Of a stretch of DNA of 64,000 nucleotides, positions 43,016-52,652 are shown piece after piece. Made by a program: the position numbers and the translations under genes. Within the stretch, counting starts at the first letter, position 1, and each line of letters begins with the position of its first letter. Source of the DNA: a virus; the IMG/VR virus record IMGVR_UViG_3300028384_001071, positions 37,565 through 101,564 of that record; one strand, 5' to 3'. The notes under the pieces were generated by a model, which worked only from the letters and a program-made list of their open reading frames with translations, was not told the origin of the DNA and made no database searches.

Positions 43016-45343
43016 GTGCATGAAGTCATACCCTCGGACTATGATCCGAACGATCCAATCTTCTACGATACCGAGACATGCGGACTCTACGGCTTTGCCG
43101 TACTGATCCAATTCGCCGTCGGTAAAGAGGGTGAGATCATCCTCTACAATCCGTGGAAGCATACCATTCGAACAACCATCGAGTTGATCGAATGGATGAT
43201 GAGTCACCCCGGAGGTATGGTTGGTTTCAATCTGACATTCGACCACTTCCACTTATGCAAACTCTACACAGTGTGGACACTGTGTCCAGATTGGGATGAG
43301 TATCCAGAAGACATCATTGATCAATTAGCGGAACTTGAACCGCGAGGTCGAGAGGGTGTCTGCTGTAAGCCTGTCAAGGCGATGGACTTGTTCCTTCACG
43401 CTCGGCGTGGACCATACCAATCGACGATGGACCGTCATGAGATTCGTATCCGCAGGGTGCCAGTGCAGATTGCATGGCAACTTGCACGTGAACTTGAGAA
43501 ACGGGTTGAACTGAAGGACATCTACTTCGCACGTCGGAAGGACGGAACAGCAGACAAGTGGAGTGTCCTGAACATCGAAGACGAAGAGGGTAAGGTTGAC
43601 AAGGACTTCAAAGATGTAGTCTTGAAGTTCTGCCCGTCATCCGCACTCAAAGCCTTAGCGGCAGATGCTCTGGGCGAAACAGCCGACAGTATCCTACTGT
43701 TTGCTGACATCGAGATCGATCGGAAGTATTGGCCAGAGGAAGTCGGTTGGGCACCGTTTGCGAAAGCGATCGGTAGTCGTCATGCCTGGAAAGGCACATG
43801 GCCCGAAGTTATCCACCGACATATCAGTCACTGGCAGTACAATGAACTGGCGAGGAAGTATGCTGAGAAGGATGTTGACCTCACTCGTAGGTTGTACTAT
43901 CACTTTGATGCACCTGAACTTGGAGATGACGACTCGACACTAGCGTGCATGGTAGCCGCAGTGCGATGGAGAGGATTCAAGATCGATGTACCGAAGCTAC
44001 GACAGCTTCAATTCGAATCTCGTAAGTTAGCACGGTCGGCTCCGACTGCTGTGAGCTATGTGAAGAAGTACATCTTCCCTCATCTCTCTGACGAAGAGAA
44101 GCTGATCCTGAAAGGCTCAACTAAGAAGGTTGTGCTGGAAGCACTCGTTGACGAATCAGTCGATGATTGTGAAGTCTGTGACGGCTACGGTAAGAAGGGA
44201 TGCACAGGTTGCGACGGATCAGGTGAAGTGCCGACCGAAGCAGCACGCCGAGCTAAGGAAGTATTAGTCGCTCGAACAGCGATGAAGGAAATCGAGATCT
44301 ATGACAAGCTCATCCAAGCCGGTAGATTCCACGCGTCTTTCAAAGTCATTGGAACGCTATCGGGACGTATGGCCGGTTCTGACCGACTCAATCCTCAAGG
44401 CATCAAGGGAACTAAGGAAGTTCGCAGTTGCTTTCCCCTCACTTGGGATGGATATCAACTAACAGGTGGAGACTTCGAAAGCTTCGAGGTTGCCATTGCG
44501 GACTCTGTCTATGAAGATCCGAAACTGCGAGAAGCCCTTCTTGGCGGTAAGAAGATTCACGGACTTTTCGCGGAAGCTCTCTTCCCTGAGGAGAACTATG
44601 ATAGCATCCTTGCCACCAAAGGTACGGATGATGACCTGTATACCAAGGGTAAGCAAGGCGTGTTCGCTAAGATTTACGGCGGTACGTCTTACACCCTACA
44701 GACCCGTCTCGGTATCTCTGCCGATGTCGCGGAAGCAGCCGAGAAGCGTTGGGAGTTACAGTATCCCGGCATTAAGAAAGCACAACAGAAGATCCACGAC
44801 GCCTTCTGTTCAATGCGACAACCCGGCGGAATCGGAACCCGTGTAGTCTGGAAAGATCCAGCGGAGTACATCGAGTCCAAGCTGGGATTCCGAAGATACT
44901 TCTCACTTGAGAACTCAATCTGCAAAGTCCTGTTCGATCTAGCAGAAGAACCACCTGACGATTGGGAGGATGCCAATGTCAAAGTCATGCGACGAGACAG
45001 AATCCAATCAGCCCAAGGGGCTACTCGATCCGCCTTATTCGGTGCGGCATTCGCAATTCAGGGTGCCAATGTCCGAGCAGCTACGAACCACGTTATCCAA
45101 TCTACTGGGGCGGAACTCTGTAAGAATCTCCAACGTAGGCTCTGGGACGTGCAGCCAAGTGGATGTCACCAATTCATCCTGATGCCTTTGAACATTCACG
45201 ACGAGATCATGCTACCTTGCCTGCCTGAATATGTACCACAAGTCACGATGATTGTCAACGGTGCGGTTGAAGAGTACAAGGAACTTGTACCTCTTGTCGC
45301 AATCGATTGGAGCAATGACCTGAACACATGGGCTGATAAGTAG
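43016..45343 (+). CDS. DNA polymerase family A with 3'-5' exonuclease
   Basis: YDTETCG exonuclease; TLSGRM; motif A DFESFE; motif B KQGVFAKIYG; motif C IHDEI. Confidence 0.93.
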   Translation: MHEVIPSDYDPNDPIFYDTETCGLYGFAVLIQFAVGKEGEIILYNPWKHTIRTTIELIEWMMSHPGGMVGFNLTFDHFHLCKLYTVWTLCPDWDEYPEDIIDQLAELEPRGREGVCCKPVKAMDLFLHARRGPYQSTMDRHEIRIRRVPVQIAWQLARELEKRVELKDIYFARRKDGTADKWSVLNIEDEEGKVDKDFKDVVLKFCPSSALKALAADALGETADSILLFADIEIDRKYWPEEVGWAPFAKAIGSRHAWKGTWPEVIHRHISHWQYNELARKYAEKDVDLTRRLYYHFDAPELGDDDSTLACMVAAVRWRGFKIDVPKLRQLQFESRKLARSAPTAVSYVKKYIFPHLSDEEKLILKGSTKKVVLEALVDESVDDCEVCDGYGKKGCTGCDGSGEVPTEAARRAKEVLVARTAMKEIEIYDKLIQAGRFHASFKVIGTLSGRMAGSDRLNPQGIKGTKEVRSCFPLTWDGYQLTGGDFESFEVAIADSVYEDPKLREALLGGKKIHGLFAEALFPEENYDSILATKGTDDDLYTKGKQGVFAKIYGGTSYTLQTRLGISADVAEAAEKRWELQYPGIKKAQQKIHDAFCSMRQPGGIGTRVVWKDPAEYIESKLGFRRYFSLENSICKVLFDLAEEPPDDWEDANVKVMRRDRIQSAQGATRSALFGAAFAIQGANVRAATNHVIQSTGAELCKNLQRRLWDVQPSGCHQFILMPLNIHDEIMLPCLPEYVPQVTMIVNGAVEEYKELVPLVAIDWSNDLNTWADK

Positions 45344-45730
45344 GTGTTAGACAGAATCAGATCACATGCACATAACAAACTCCTCATGGCACAGCGTCTC
45401 AAGCGTTACGTCAATGGCGAAGAGTTCGAACGCGGATGTGAACTGGCAACAGAACACCAGCTTGAGAAGATCCGTGAATACGTTGACAACTTAGACTTGG
45501 CTCCCTTGAAGAAGTTCATCAAGAAGATACGTCGAGATGCGGACGAGATCGAAGTATTACCTTACAAGGAATTACGAGAGGTCGCCCGTGACTTGAACAT
45601 CCGGTATTGGCATGAGCTACCGATGGAGAGTTTGATTCTGGAGATACAAAATGCGAGAGATGCTTCTAACAACGCTAAAGGATCAACTGGATGTGATGAG
45701 GACGATAGTCCTCCGGTCCGGGATCTCTGA
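45344..45730 (+). CDS. Hypothetical protein
   Basis: Adjacent to polA; ELREVARDLNI resembles a Rho-N-like helix. Confidence 0.5.
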   Translation: MLDRIRSHAHNKLLMAQRLKRYVNGEEFERGCELATEHQLEKIREYVDNLDLAPLKKFIKKIRRDADEIEVLPYKELREVARDLNIRYWHELPMESLILEIQNARDASNNAKGSTGCDEDDSPPVRDL

Positions 45731-46091
45731 GGCGGTATACGACAGTGTCATTGGGCGTGCGAGTGCATTCAAAACCGACAACGAGCTTCAGGAATACACT
45801 GAGCAAGTTGATGACTTCAGACTGTTCCACTGGAAACCAGCATGGGAAGTCTGGAGATTAGTATCACAGTCCGACCCATCGAAAGCCGATGAGGTTTGGG
45901 AACGATACGACGCAATGGGCATCAACGCCACCCGTGAGCATGGTTTACTTGCGGAGACATTACCACCAATCAAAACCAACTTCCGAGACCTAGTGAAATG
46001 TCTACCTCGAAGAAGGTCACAATCAGCCAACTCCGCAAGGCCGTCCGGGACTCAATCCAAAATCCAAAGAACGAACTCCACCTCAAAGTGA
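45651..46091 (+). CDS. Hypothetical protein
   Basis: GGAGA RBS before ATG; overlaps both neighbours by 80-94 nt. Confidence 0.45.
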   Translation: MREMLLTTLKDQLDVMRTIVLRSGISEAVYDSVIGRASAFKTDNELQEYTEQVDDFRLFHWKPAWEVWRLVSQSDPSKADEVWERYDAMGINATREHGLLAETLPPIKTNFRDLVKCLPRRRSQSANSARPSGTQSKIQRTNSTSK

Positions 46092-46225
46092 TTGTTGAGA
46101 TGGATGATCCGAACTACTGCCGACTTCGAGCAATCGAAGAGGCAGCCCACCCTCAACCTGATCATGATCTGATCATAACCTTGTTCGCACTGGCAAAGGT
46201 ACTCTCTGATGAAGACGTCGATTAA
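45998..46225 (+). CDS. Hypothetical protein
   Basis: ORF overlapping the next start. Confidence 0.45.
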   Translation: MSTSKKVTISQLRKAVRDSIQNPKNELHLKVIVEMDDPNYCRLRAIEEAAHPQPDHDLIITLFALAKVLSDEDVD

Positions 46226-46811
46226 GCTTCCGCCGGGCTACCAAGTCCAAGTCGGATTGAACATAGCAATAGATGCTAGTACCGCTAAGTGGGACGGCAT
46301 CTTTCCCGGTTACGAAATCCAAGCCGGTGACAAGTGGGGAGAGATTCTCTTCCAAGCTGAGATGGAAACTGAACAGATTCCACCTTCATGGTGGAAGTAC
46401 ATGGGTGGTCTTAACATCATCAATTGGAACATGTTCCTCAAGACTCCGATGCCGGTACGGATCATCATCTTCATAGTCCCTGAAGTTCAGCAGAGAACAC
46501 TGTTGTTCGGAAACCCAGTGTTCAATGACGGGCCAAACGTCACAGTTCGAAATGGGACCAAGTGGGCCGATCAAGTCGAAGTAGGTGATATCGTCTCGGT
46601 AGCCAAGACCGATGACCCTGACTTTGAGATGTTCGAAGCGAAGATCCTTGAGATCCGAACAGCGACATGGGATGAGTTTCCTGAAAAGTATCTCGAATGG
46701 GAACACGATCCGAAGTGCAAGACTGTCGAAAGTCTGCGGACTGAGATGATAGAACGGTACATGACACCGTTGTCCAATGATGTCACAATCCTAATGTTTG
46801 AGCAGGTCTGA
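46209..46811 (+). CDS. Hypothetical protein with ASCH/PUA-like C-terminal half
   Basis: TVRNGTKW...VGDIV...EHDP...LRTEMIERY. Confidence 0.5.
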   Translation: MKTSIKLPPGYQVQVGLNIAIDASTAKWDGIFPGYEIQAGDKWGEILFQAEMETEQIPPSWWKYMGGLNIINWNMFLKTPMPVRIIIFIVPEVQQRTLLFGNPVFNDGPNVTVRNGTKWADQVEVGDIVSVAKTDDPDFEMFEAKILEIRTATWDEFPEKYLEWEHDPKCKTVESLRTEMIERYMTPLSNDVTILMFEQV

Positions 46812-47362
46812 TGGCAATCGTATTCCCCGGACAGTATTGTCTGTTCAATAACGCAAGAACGGCATCGATAAGTCTGACTGAGGCACTTGCCAAAGCACAT
46901 CCGATTGTCGAGAGAACGAAGAATCATTACGCGACTCAAGTTGAACAAGAGAAGCTATGCATTGGCGGTGAAGTTAAGTTCGCCGTCATTCGAAACCCAT
47001 TCGACTTGGTCGCTTCATGGTTCTGCTTCGCACCTCAAGAGTCGATGGAATATTTCCTGAAGAGATTCAGGCACCCGTGGTTTCGAGATCGTAACGGTAG
47101 ACTATTCGACTTCTTCAAAGTCGACCGTCTGATTCGTTACGAAGCCTTGGAGCAAGGCGTGTACGACCTGATGGAAGAGTTGAATCTTCCACTACCGACA
47201 CTGTCACGTCTGAATCCAACACCGGGCAAACAACACTACTCAACGTACTACACACCTGACGACGTACGTCTGATGCACAAGATGTTTCCCGAGATTGAAG
47301 AGTACGGCTACAAATTCGAACCACCCTCGGTTAAGGGTGAAGAGATCTGGGATGGTGTATGA
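46811..47362 (+). CDS. Sulfotransferase family 2-like protein
   Basis: FNNARTASISL (5'-PSB-like), FAVIRNPFDLVASW (3'-PB), IRYEAL, HYSTYY. Confidence 0.75.
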   Translation: MAIVFPGQYCLFNNARTASISLTEALAKAHPIVERTKNHYATQVEQEKLCIGGEVKFAVIRNPFDLVASWFCFAPQESMEYFLKRFRHPWFRDRNGRLFDFFKVDRLIRYEALEQGVYDLMEELNLPLPTLSRLNPTPGKQHYSTYYTPDDVRLMHKMFPEIEEYGYKFEPPSVKGEEIWDGV

Positions 47363-47547
47363 AAGCAGTGATCATCGAAGACAAGGATGCGAAAGCCCTT
47401 GTAGACAAGCTCGAACTCGTGAAACTGAGAAAGAGAGTGCAGGATTCAGAAGCTGATGTAGTCAACGACGACTTCGGTAAGCTTCACAGAATCTTTCATT
47501 ATGAAGTGGTGAGTTGGCTGCAAGCACAAGGATGTGATCTGAGCTAA
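47359..47547 (+). CDS. Hypothetical protein
   Basis: Translationally coupled to both neighbours. Confidence 0.55.
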   Translation: MKAVIIEDKDAKALVDKLELVKLRKRVQDSEADVVNDDFGKLHRIFHYEVVSWLQAQGCDLS

Positions 47548-47903
47548 TGAAGCCCGCCAAGAAGGCCCGTAAGAAGAGAGGGCCAGAACGTATAATCCAA
47601 GACAACCTAATCGTCTACCTTCGAGGTCGTGAATGGTTCGTTAAGGAAACGCACGGTAACATGTACCAGTCAGGATTCCCTGACCTGTATACTTATCACC
47701 GTAGTTACGGGCAACGATGGATCGAAGTCAAGAATGCAGAGTCCTACTCGTTTACACCGGCTCAGTTAGAGGACTTCCCTAAGTTCTCCGCAGCCGCATG
47801 CGGCATCTGGATTCTAACCGCAGCGACGCATGAGGAGTATCAGAAACTGTTCAAGCCTGCTAATTGGCATATCTACCTGAGCATCTGGAGTGGTGCACGG
47901 TGA
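47547..47903 (+). CDS. VRR-NUC domain nuclease
   Basis: GFPDL...WIEVK...TPAQ PD-(D/E)XK motif. Confidence 0.8.
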   Translation: MKPAKKARKKRGPERIIQDNLIVYLRGREWFVKETHGNMYQSGFPDLYTYHRSYGQRWIEVKNAESYSFTPAQLEDFPKFSAAACGIWILTAATHEEYQKLFKPANWHIYLSIWSGAR

Positions 47904-47982
47904 GCGATTTCTGTAGGTATTGTGGAGCCTCAGTTCCACACAGAACTGGGAACCAACGAAAGCAAGCCTCCCTGGGAGAAAG

Positions 47983-50073
47983 ATGAAACACAGATTCAAC
48001 CTGGCCGAAGCGACGGTCGACGAACTTCGAGAGATGACGCCTGAATTCGGCTACAATGGATTCGGCGAGTTCGTCTTCTATCGAACTTACTCAAGGCCCG
48101 ATGAAGAAGGCAACATGGAGACATGGCATGATGTCGTGATCCGTGTCACCGAGGGTACATTCAGCATCCGAAAGGATCACTACAAGAGAAACCAGATTCC
48201 TTGGGATGAGGACTTCTGGCAGACATACGCTCGCAACTTCGCTATCTCCATGTTCAAGATGGAATGGCTACCACCCGGTCGAGGCTTGTGGGCAATGGGG
48301 ACTGACTACGTTTACGAACGTGGCAGTATGAGCCTCAACAACTGTGCCGTTTGCGAAATCAAGAACATCGCCGACGACGCACACTGGATCATGGATGCAC
48401 TGATGAACGGCGTGGGCGTAGGATTCCTACCAACCCGCGACGACAACATTCTACTCGAAATCAAAGAACCAAAGGGTACTGAGAAGTATGTCATACCTGA
48501 CACACGTGAAGGTTGGTGTGACTCACTTCACGACCTCATTGACTGCTATTTTACGGGTGGACCCAAACCGGTATTTGAGTATCATGAGATACGCCGAGCC
48601 GGTCAGCCTATTCGTGGCTTTGGTGGTATTGCAAGTGGTCCTGATCCGCTTAAGCAACTCCACGGACGCATCGAAGAGTTCATGAAGCGTGCCGCTGACG
48701 TCACCGATGAAGACTACGACAGTGTCAGACTCAAGATGGATGTGGCGAACGCAATCGGATGTTGTGTCGTAGCTGGTAACGTAAGACGATCGGCTGAACT
48801 TGCCGCAGCCCCGCTGAGCGACGACACGTTCAAGGATCTGAAGGATTATGACAAACACCCAGAACGAGCCGCTCTCGGATGGATGTCCAATAACTCAGTT
48901 CTTCTTGAGACCGACGAGGACTTCCAGCGATTGGGAGAGATTGCAGCAAGAGTCGTCAAGAATGGTGAACCCGGATACATCAATCTTCGGAACCTTCACA
49001 AAGGAAGACTGGGACGCGACGATGGTCTCAGACGAGACAAAGCCATCGGCTTCAATCCCTGCGGCGAGCAGCCTCTTGAAGACAAGGAACTCTGTACGCT
49101 CGTCGAGACCTTACCAACCCGATGCCCGGATCATCAAACTTGGCTCAAAGCATGTGAGTACGCTACGGTCTATGCTTCGACAGTCACGCTACTGCCGACG
49201 CACCGTTCAGAGACGAACGCCGTCATGCTCCGCAATCGACGTATTGGTGTTAGCATTGTGGACATTACAGGCTGGCTCCACGAAGAAGGAGCCAGTAGCG
49301 TTATCAACTATATGCGAGAAGGTTATCAGATCGTCCGAAAGGCGAACCAATGGGTGAACTCGGAAGCAGGGATTCCTGAAGCAATCCGAGTCACGACAGT
49401 TAAGCCGGGCGGAACGATACCAAAGGTTGCAGGCAGAACATCGGGAGTCGGATATCCAACCTTCCGACACACTCTGATGAGAGTACGAGTCGCAGCCAAT
49501 AGCCCCATCCGTGGGATTCTTGAAGATGCAAACATTCCGAACGAACCGGACATCAATGATCCCGACGGAACTCTGGTCTTTGAATGGCCAGTCCTACAAG
49601 GACCATCGAAACCGGCAACGGAAGCAACATTGTTTGAGCAGGCGATGAATCTCGTCATGGTTCAACGTGAGTGGTCCGACAATGCGGTCAGCAATACGTT
49701 GTACTTCCGACCGCAGTGGCAGCTTATTGAGACTAACTTCAACGGCAAGAACTTCAAACCTGCTGACGATCATAAAGTAGAGACTGACCAATGGGGTCAG
49801 ACGAATCTCTACAGACGAGACCCAAATCACGAGGAAGACGTCGTTGAACGTGTCCTCTCGATGATAGCTCCGCTGACCAAGAGTGTCAGCCTCCTACCAC
49901 ATACACCAGCAGGCGTATACCCACAATCACCACAATCAGGCATTACCGAGGAAGAATACAACCAACGACTCAAAGACATGAAACCAATCGACTGGCAACG
50001 TCTATCTTTCAGCACTCCTGATATATCAGACGACAAGTATTGCTCGGGAGGCAATTGTACGCTCCCCGTGTAA
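47983..50073 (+). CDS. nrdJ: Class II (B12-dependent) ribonucleoside-triphosphate reductase
   Basis: YRTYSR, PPGRGLW, NNCA, GNVRRSAE, NPCGE, RNRRIG, TTVKPGGT and C-terminal CSGGNC. Confidence 0.93.
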   Translation: MKHRFNLAEATVDELREMTPEFGYNGFGEFVFYRTYSRPDEEGNMETWHDVVIRVTEGTFSIRKDHYKRNQIPWDEDFWQTYARNFAISMFKMEWLPPGRGLWAMGTDYVYERGSMSLNNCAVCEIKNIADDAHWIMDALMNGVGVGFLPTRDDNILLEIKEPKGTEKYVIPDTREGWCDSLHDLIDCYFTGGPKPVFEYHEIRRAGQPIRGFGGIASGPDPLKQLHGRIEEFMKRAADVTDEDYDSVRLKMDVANAIGCCVVAGNVRRSAELAAAPLSDDTFKDLKDYDKHPERAALGWMSNNSVLLETDEDFQRLGEIAARVVKNGEPGYINLRNLHKGRLGRDDGLRRDKAIGFNPCGEQPLEDKELCTLVETLPTRCPDHQTWLKACEYATVYASTVTLLPTHRSETNAVMLRNRRIGVSIVDITGWLHEEGASSVINYMREGYQIVRKANQWVNSEAGIPEAIRVTTVKPGGTIPKVAGRTSGVGYPTFRHTLMRVRVAANSPIRGILEDANIPNEPDINDPDGTLVFEWPVLQGPSKPATEATLFEQAMNLVMVQREWSDNAVSNTLYFRPQWQLIETNFNGKNFKPADDHKVETDQWGQTNLYRRDPNHEEDVVERVLSMIAPLTKSVSLLPHTPAGVYPQSPQSGITEEEYNQRLKDMKPIDWQRLSFSTPDISDDKYCSGGNCTLPV

Positions 50074-50118
50074 CCTCCGGCTGCTGCTCCATATTCTGCA
50101 ACCAATGAGGTTAGAACC

Positions 50119-50628
50119 ATGAGTTCCAAAACGGTTGGCGTTTTCGTAGACGTCGGTAATCTGTATCACTGCGTCAGTAAGAAGTTTGACGGAGCGAAAC
50201 TGAATTACAAGATGTATCTCGACAACGTAGTCTCCGATGGAGACATTATCTATAACGCAACGGCATACGGCGTCCAAGTCAAAGACGAGGCTGCCAAGTT
50301 CATCGCATGTCTCCGACACTTTGGATACGAACCCAAGTATCGACGACCTCGCATCTTTCAGAGCCAAGGTCGCGATCAAGTACGACGTATCCCTTGGTCG
50401 GTCGGCATTTCGATGGACATCGTCCGGATCGTAAGCAGTAACAAACTCGACACAGTTGTCTTGGGTTCATCGGAACCCGAGTTCGTAGACCTGGTTAACT
50501 GGGTCAAAGAACGAGGAGTCCGATGCATAGTCGCATCTTGCGGAATCCCTAAGACAATCCGAGAAGCCGCGAACGATCATATCGAAATCACGGAGTCTTA
50601 TCTTGAAAGCTCAAATCCAACCGAATAG
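50119..50628 (+). CDS. NYN (LabA/DUF88) PIN-fold protein
   Basis: VFVDVGNLY...ISMDI...LGSSEPEF...KERGVRC; some acidic active-site positions look altered. Confidence 0.8.
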   Translation: MSSKTVGVFVDVGNLYHCVSKKFDGAKLNYKMYLDNVVSDGDIIYNATAYGVQVKDEAAKFIACLRHFGYEPKYRRPRIFQSQGRDQVRRIPWSVGISMDIVRIVSSNKLDTVVLGSSEPEFVDLVNWVKERGVRCIVASCGIPKTIREAANDHIEITESYLESSNPTE

Positions 50629-51076
50629 ATGGTCGTGTTTGCTCACGGCTTTCGCTATCGCACTTGACGAGAATGTCGATAAGTTGGTAGAGGAGATTGG
50701 GCACGACGGGTCTGAAAGGATCTGGAGTGCCCCTCACCCTAACGACTGTCGAGGTTTTCATATTCAAGAGATTATTGAGTGCTGCCTGTTCCGAAAGGTG
50801 GCCGTGGTTCCTATTGAACCACGGCCATCTCTTACACATCCGCTAACTAAGCAGGGTGTGTACGCGGTACCGGTGAATGATCCAGCATCACGGATGACGT
50901 ACCATATGCAAGGTGCAGTGGGCGTGCTGACTGGAATTACTGAGAATAACAGCCGTCATGCCCTTACTTGGAATAGGTCTGAAATCATTGACCCGAGTGA
51001 TGGTTTAGCACGGCAGACCATACATCCAGAGTGGCAAATAGAGTGCTTCTGGAAGCTAATCCCGATGTCGATGTAA
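50603..51076 (+). CDS. Peptidase C39-like/papain-fold protein
   Basis: Q...SCLLTAFAIAL, HALTW and IIDP. Confidence 0.5.
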   Translation: MKAQIQPNRWSCLLTAFAIALDENVDKLVEEIGHDGSERIWSAPHPNDCRGFHIQEIIECCLFRKVAVVPIEPRPSLTHPLTKQGVYAVPVNDPASRMTYHMQGAVGVLTGITENNSRHALTWNRSEIIDPSDGLARQTIHPEWQIECFWKLIPMSM

Positions 51077-51222
51077 TTAACATCAGCATCGAAAGTCCGG
51101 CCTGAATAATCCGGAAATTCCGTTCAAGTTAACTTGACAAGTTTGACGATATATGAGATAAACCGGGGTTTCGGGGTTACCCTATTGTGACCGTTCCGGG
51201 TCGCGAATCCCGATGTCGATGT
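51058..51222 (+). repeat. 17-bp direct repeat AATCCCGATGTCGATGT (51058-51074, 51206-51222) flanking a TTGACA-containing region
   Basis: Exact repeats; the core equals the half-site of the 31188-31216 palindrome; TTGACA at 51134. Confidence 0.7.
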
Positions 51223-51267
51223 TGTTTTGCCGCAAATCTCGATGTTTGGGCTGGAGCCAAAATAAGC

Positions 51268-51942
51268 ATGTTTCTACTTGGTCATCGGGCCAAGGCCGCA
51301 TCAATCGATCATCCACTAGGTACTACGACTGCACTGGATGACGACGCCACGGATGCACTAAAGAATCAGATGTTGGACGGAGATCCGACAGCCGCTGATA
51401 AGATCATTACGGGTTTCACCCGAATGGCAATTAGCATTGCCGCGAAGTATGTCGGCTTCCGACCGGAGTTAGAAGCTGATTTGTGCAGTGAAGCACTGCT
51501 GGCCGTGACCGTCGCAGTTCAACGCATTCGTGACAGGGAGGTCGAATACGAAAACATCAGCCCGTACATTATCGGTTTCGTTCACAGCCGTTGTAGTTAC
51601 TTCGTCAGGAACGATCGATTGTTCGGGCCTTCATGGTCAACACGGCAAAGCAACAAAGAACGTGGAATCCATGAGCCAGTAGTGACAACCATCGACGATG
51701 AAACAGTCGAGCAAATCACTGTTGGTAACATACCACCTGAGTTTGATTTACAAGAATGCATCGACGCATGCACCGACTGTGCTCGGCAACGTGTTATCAT
51801 TCAACGAAAGTTGAATGGGTACACGGCGCGTGAGATTGCAAATGAACTCGAAATCGATCCAGCAACGGTATCCCGTTCGCTTAACCGATTTCGAGATGCA
51901 CTAGGAAACATGATACATGCAGACTTTCCTACCTTACGCTGA
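51268..51942 (+). CDS. RNA polymerase sigma70-family factor
   Basis: Region 2-like GDPTAADKII...AISIAAKY...ADLCSEALLAV; region 4 HTH GYTAREIANELEIDPATVSRSL. Confidence 0.8.
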   Translation: MFLLGHRAKAASIDHPLGTTTALDDDATDALKNQMLDGDPTAADKIITGFTRMAISIAAKYVGFRPELEADLCSEALLAVTVAVQRIRDREVEYENISPYIIGFVHSRCSYFVRNDRLFGPSWSTRQSNKERGIHEPVVTTIDDETVEQITVGNIPPEFDLQECIDACTDCARQRVIIQRKLNGYTAREIANELEIDPATVSRSLNRFRDALGNMIHADFPTLR

Positions 51943-52528
51943 CTTTGACAAGTCAGCCCAAGCCCTTGACACTCAACGACTGCTCAAGCAGATTGTTGAA
52001 GCAACGCAGATAACAAGCATTGTCGTGGCGAGCACGATGAAGTCTATGACTGTGGTTGAGAAGCACTTCCAACCAATCAACATCAATATGCCTAAATGGC
52101 TGACTGGTCGTGTGGTTGGTATTGGTCATTGGGTTGAAGAGCGAGTCGTCGTGAAAGACATAGCGTGGTCCAATCACCCGGCCACGAGGATGTGGGTCAA
52201 TCACCGATGGGGCCTGATCTGTTACACCTACACCATGATTCGTGAATACGAACGGCGTGGGTATGACGCAACAGTGCTTAGATCAAACATCGGTAAGTTT
52301 GGCTTAGAATTGACGCAAGAGCGTCTAAAGGAAATGGATGATGTTCAGAACGAACTAGCTAGATCCGCACCCAACATGTACTACGAACAAGAGTCGTTCC
52401 CACGTTGGCTGGGTCTTGAATTATTCCATTCAAAGCATCGAGCAACATTACTGTCCAAAGCCCCAGACTTCTACGGGAAGTATGGTTGGACTGAAAAACC
52501 AGAGTATGGTTACTACTGGCCAGCATGA
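51917..52528 (+). CDS. Pyrimidine-dimer DNA glycosylase / MSMEG_6728-like protein
   Basis: MQTFLPY...LDTQRLLKQIVEA, WSNHPATRMW, HSKHRATLLSK, YYWP. Confidence 0.8.
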   Translation: MQTFLPYADFDKSAQALDTQRLLKQIVEATQITSIVVASTMKSMTVVEKHFQPININMPKWLTGRVVGIGHWVEERVVVKDIAWSNHPATRMWVNHRWGLICYTYTMIREYERRGYDATVLRSNIGKFGLELTQERLKEMDDVQNELARSAPNMYYEQESFPRWLGLELFHSKHRATLLSKAPDFYGKYGWTEKPEYGYYWPA

Positions 52529-52652
52529 AGGAGTGAAAGCATGACACGGCTGTCAGAACGTACACAGATGGTGATCGGTTGCCTGATAATCGCAGCAGGG
52601 CTGCTGACCTTGAATGAATTAGGCTTGATCCCACTGTATCCGTGGGAATCTG

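Noticed and set aside
51134-51162. Strong sigma70 promoter before the sigma gene
   Set aside because: TTGACA is perfect but the hexamer 17 bp downstream (GATAAA) is a poor -10, so it is not reported as a separate feature.
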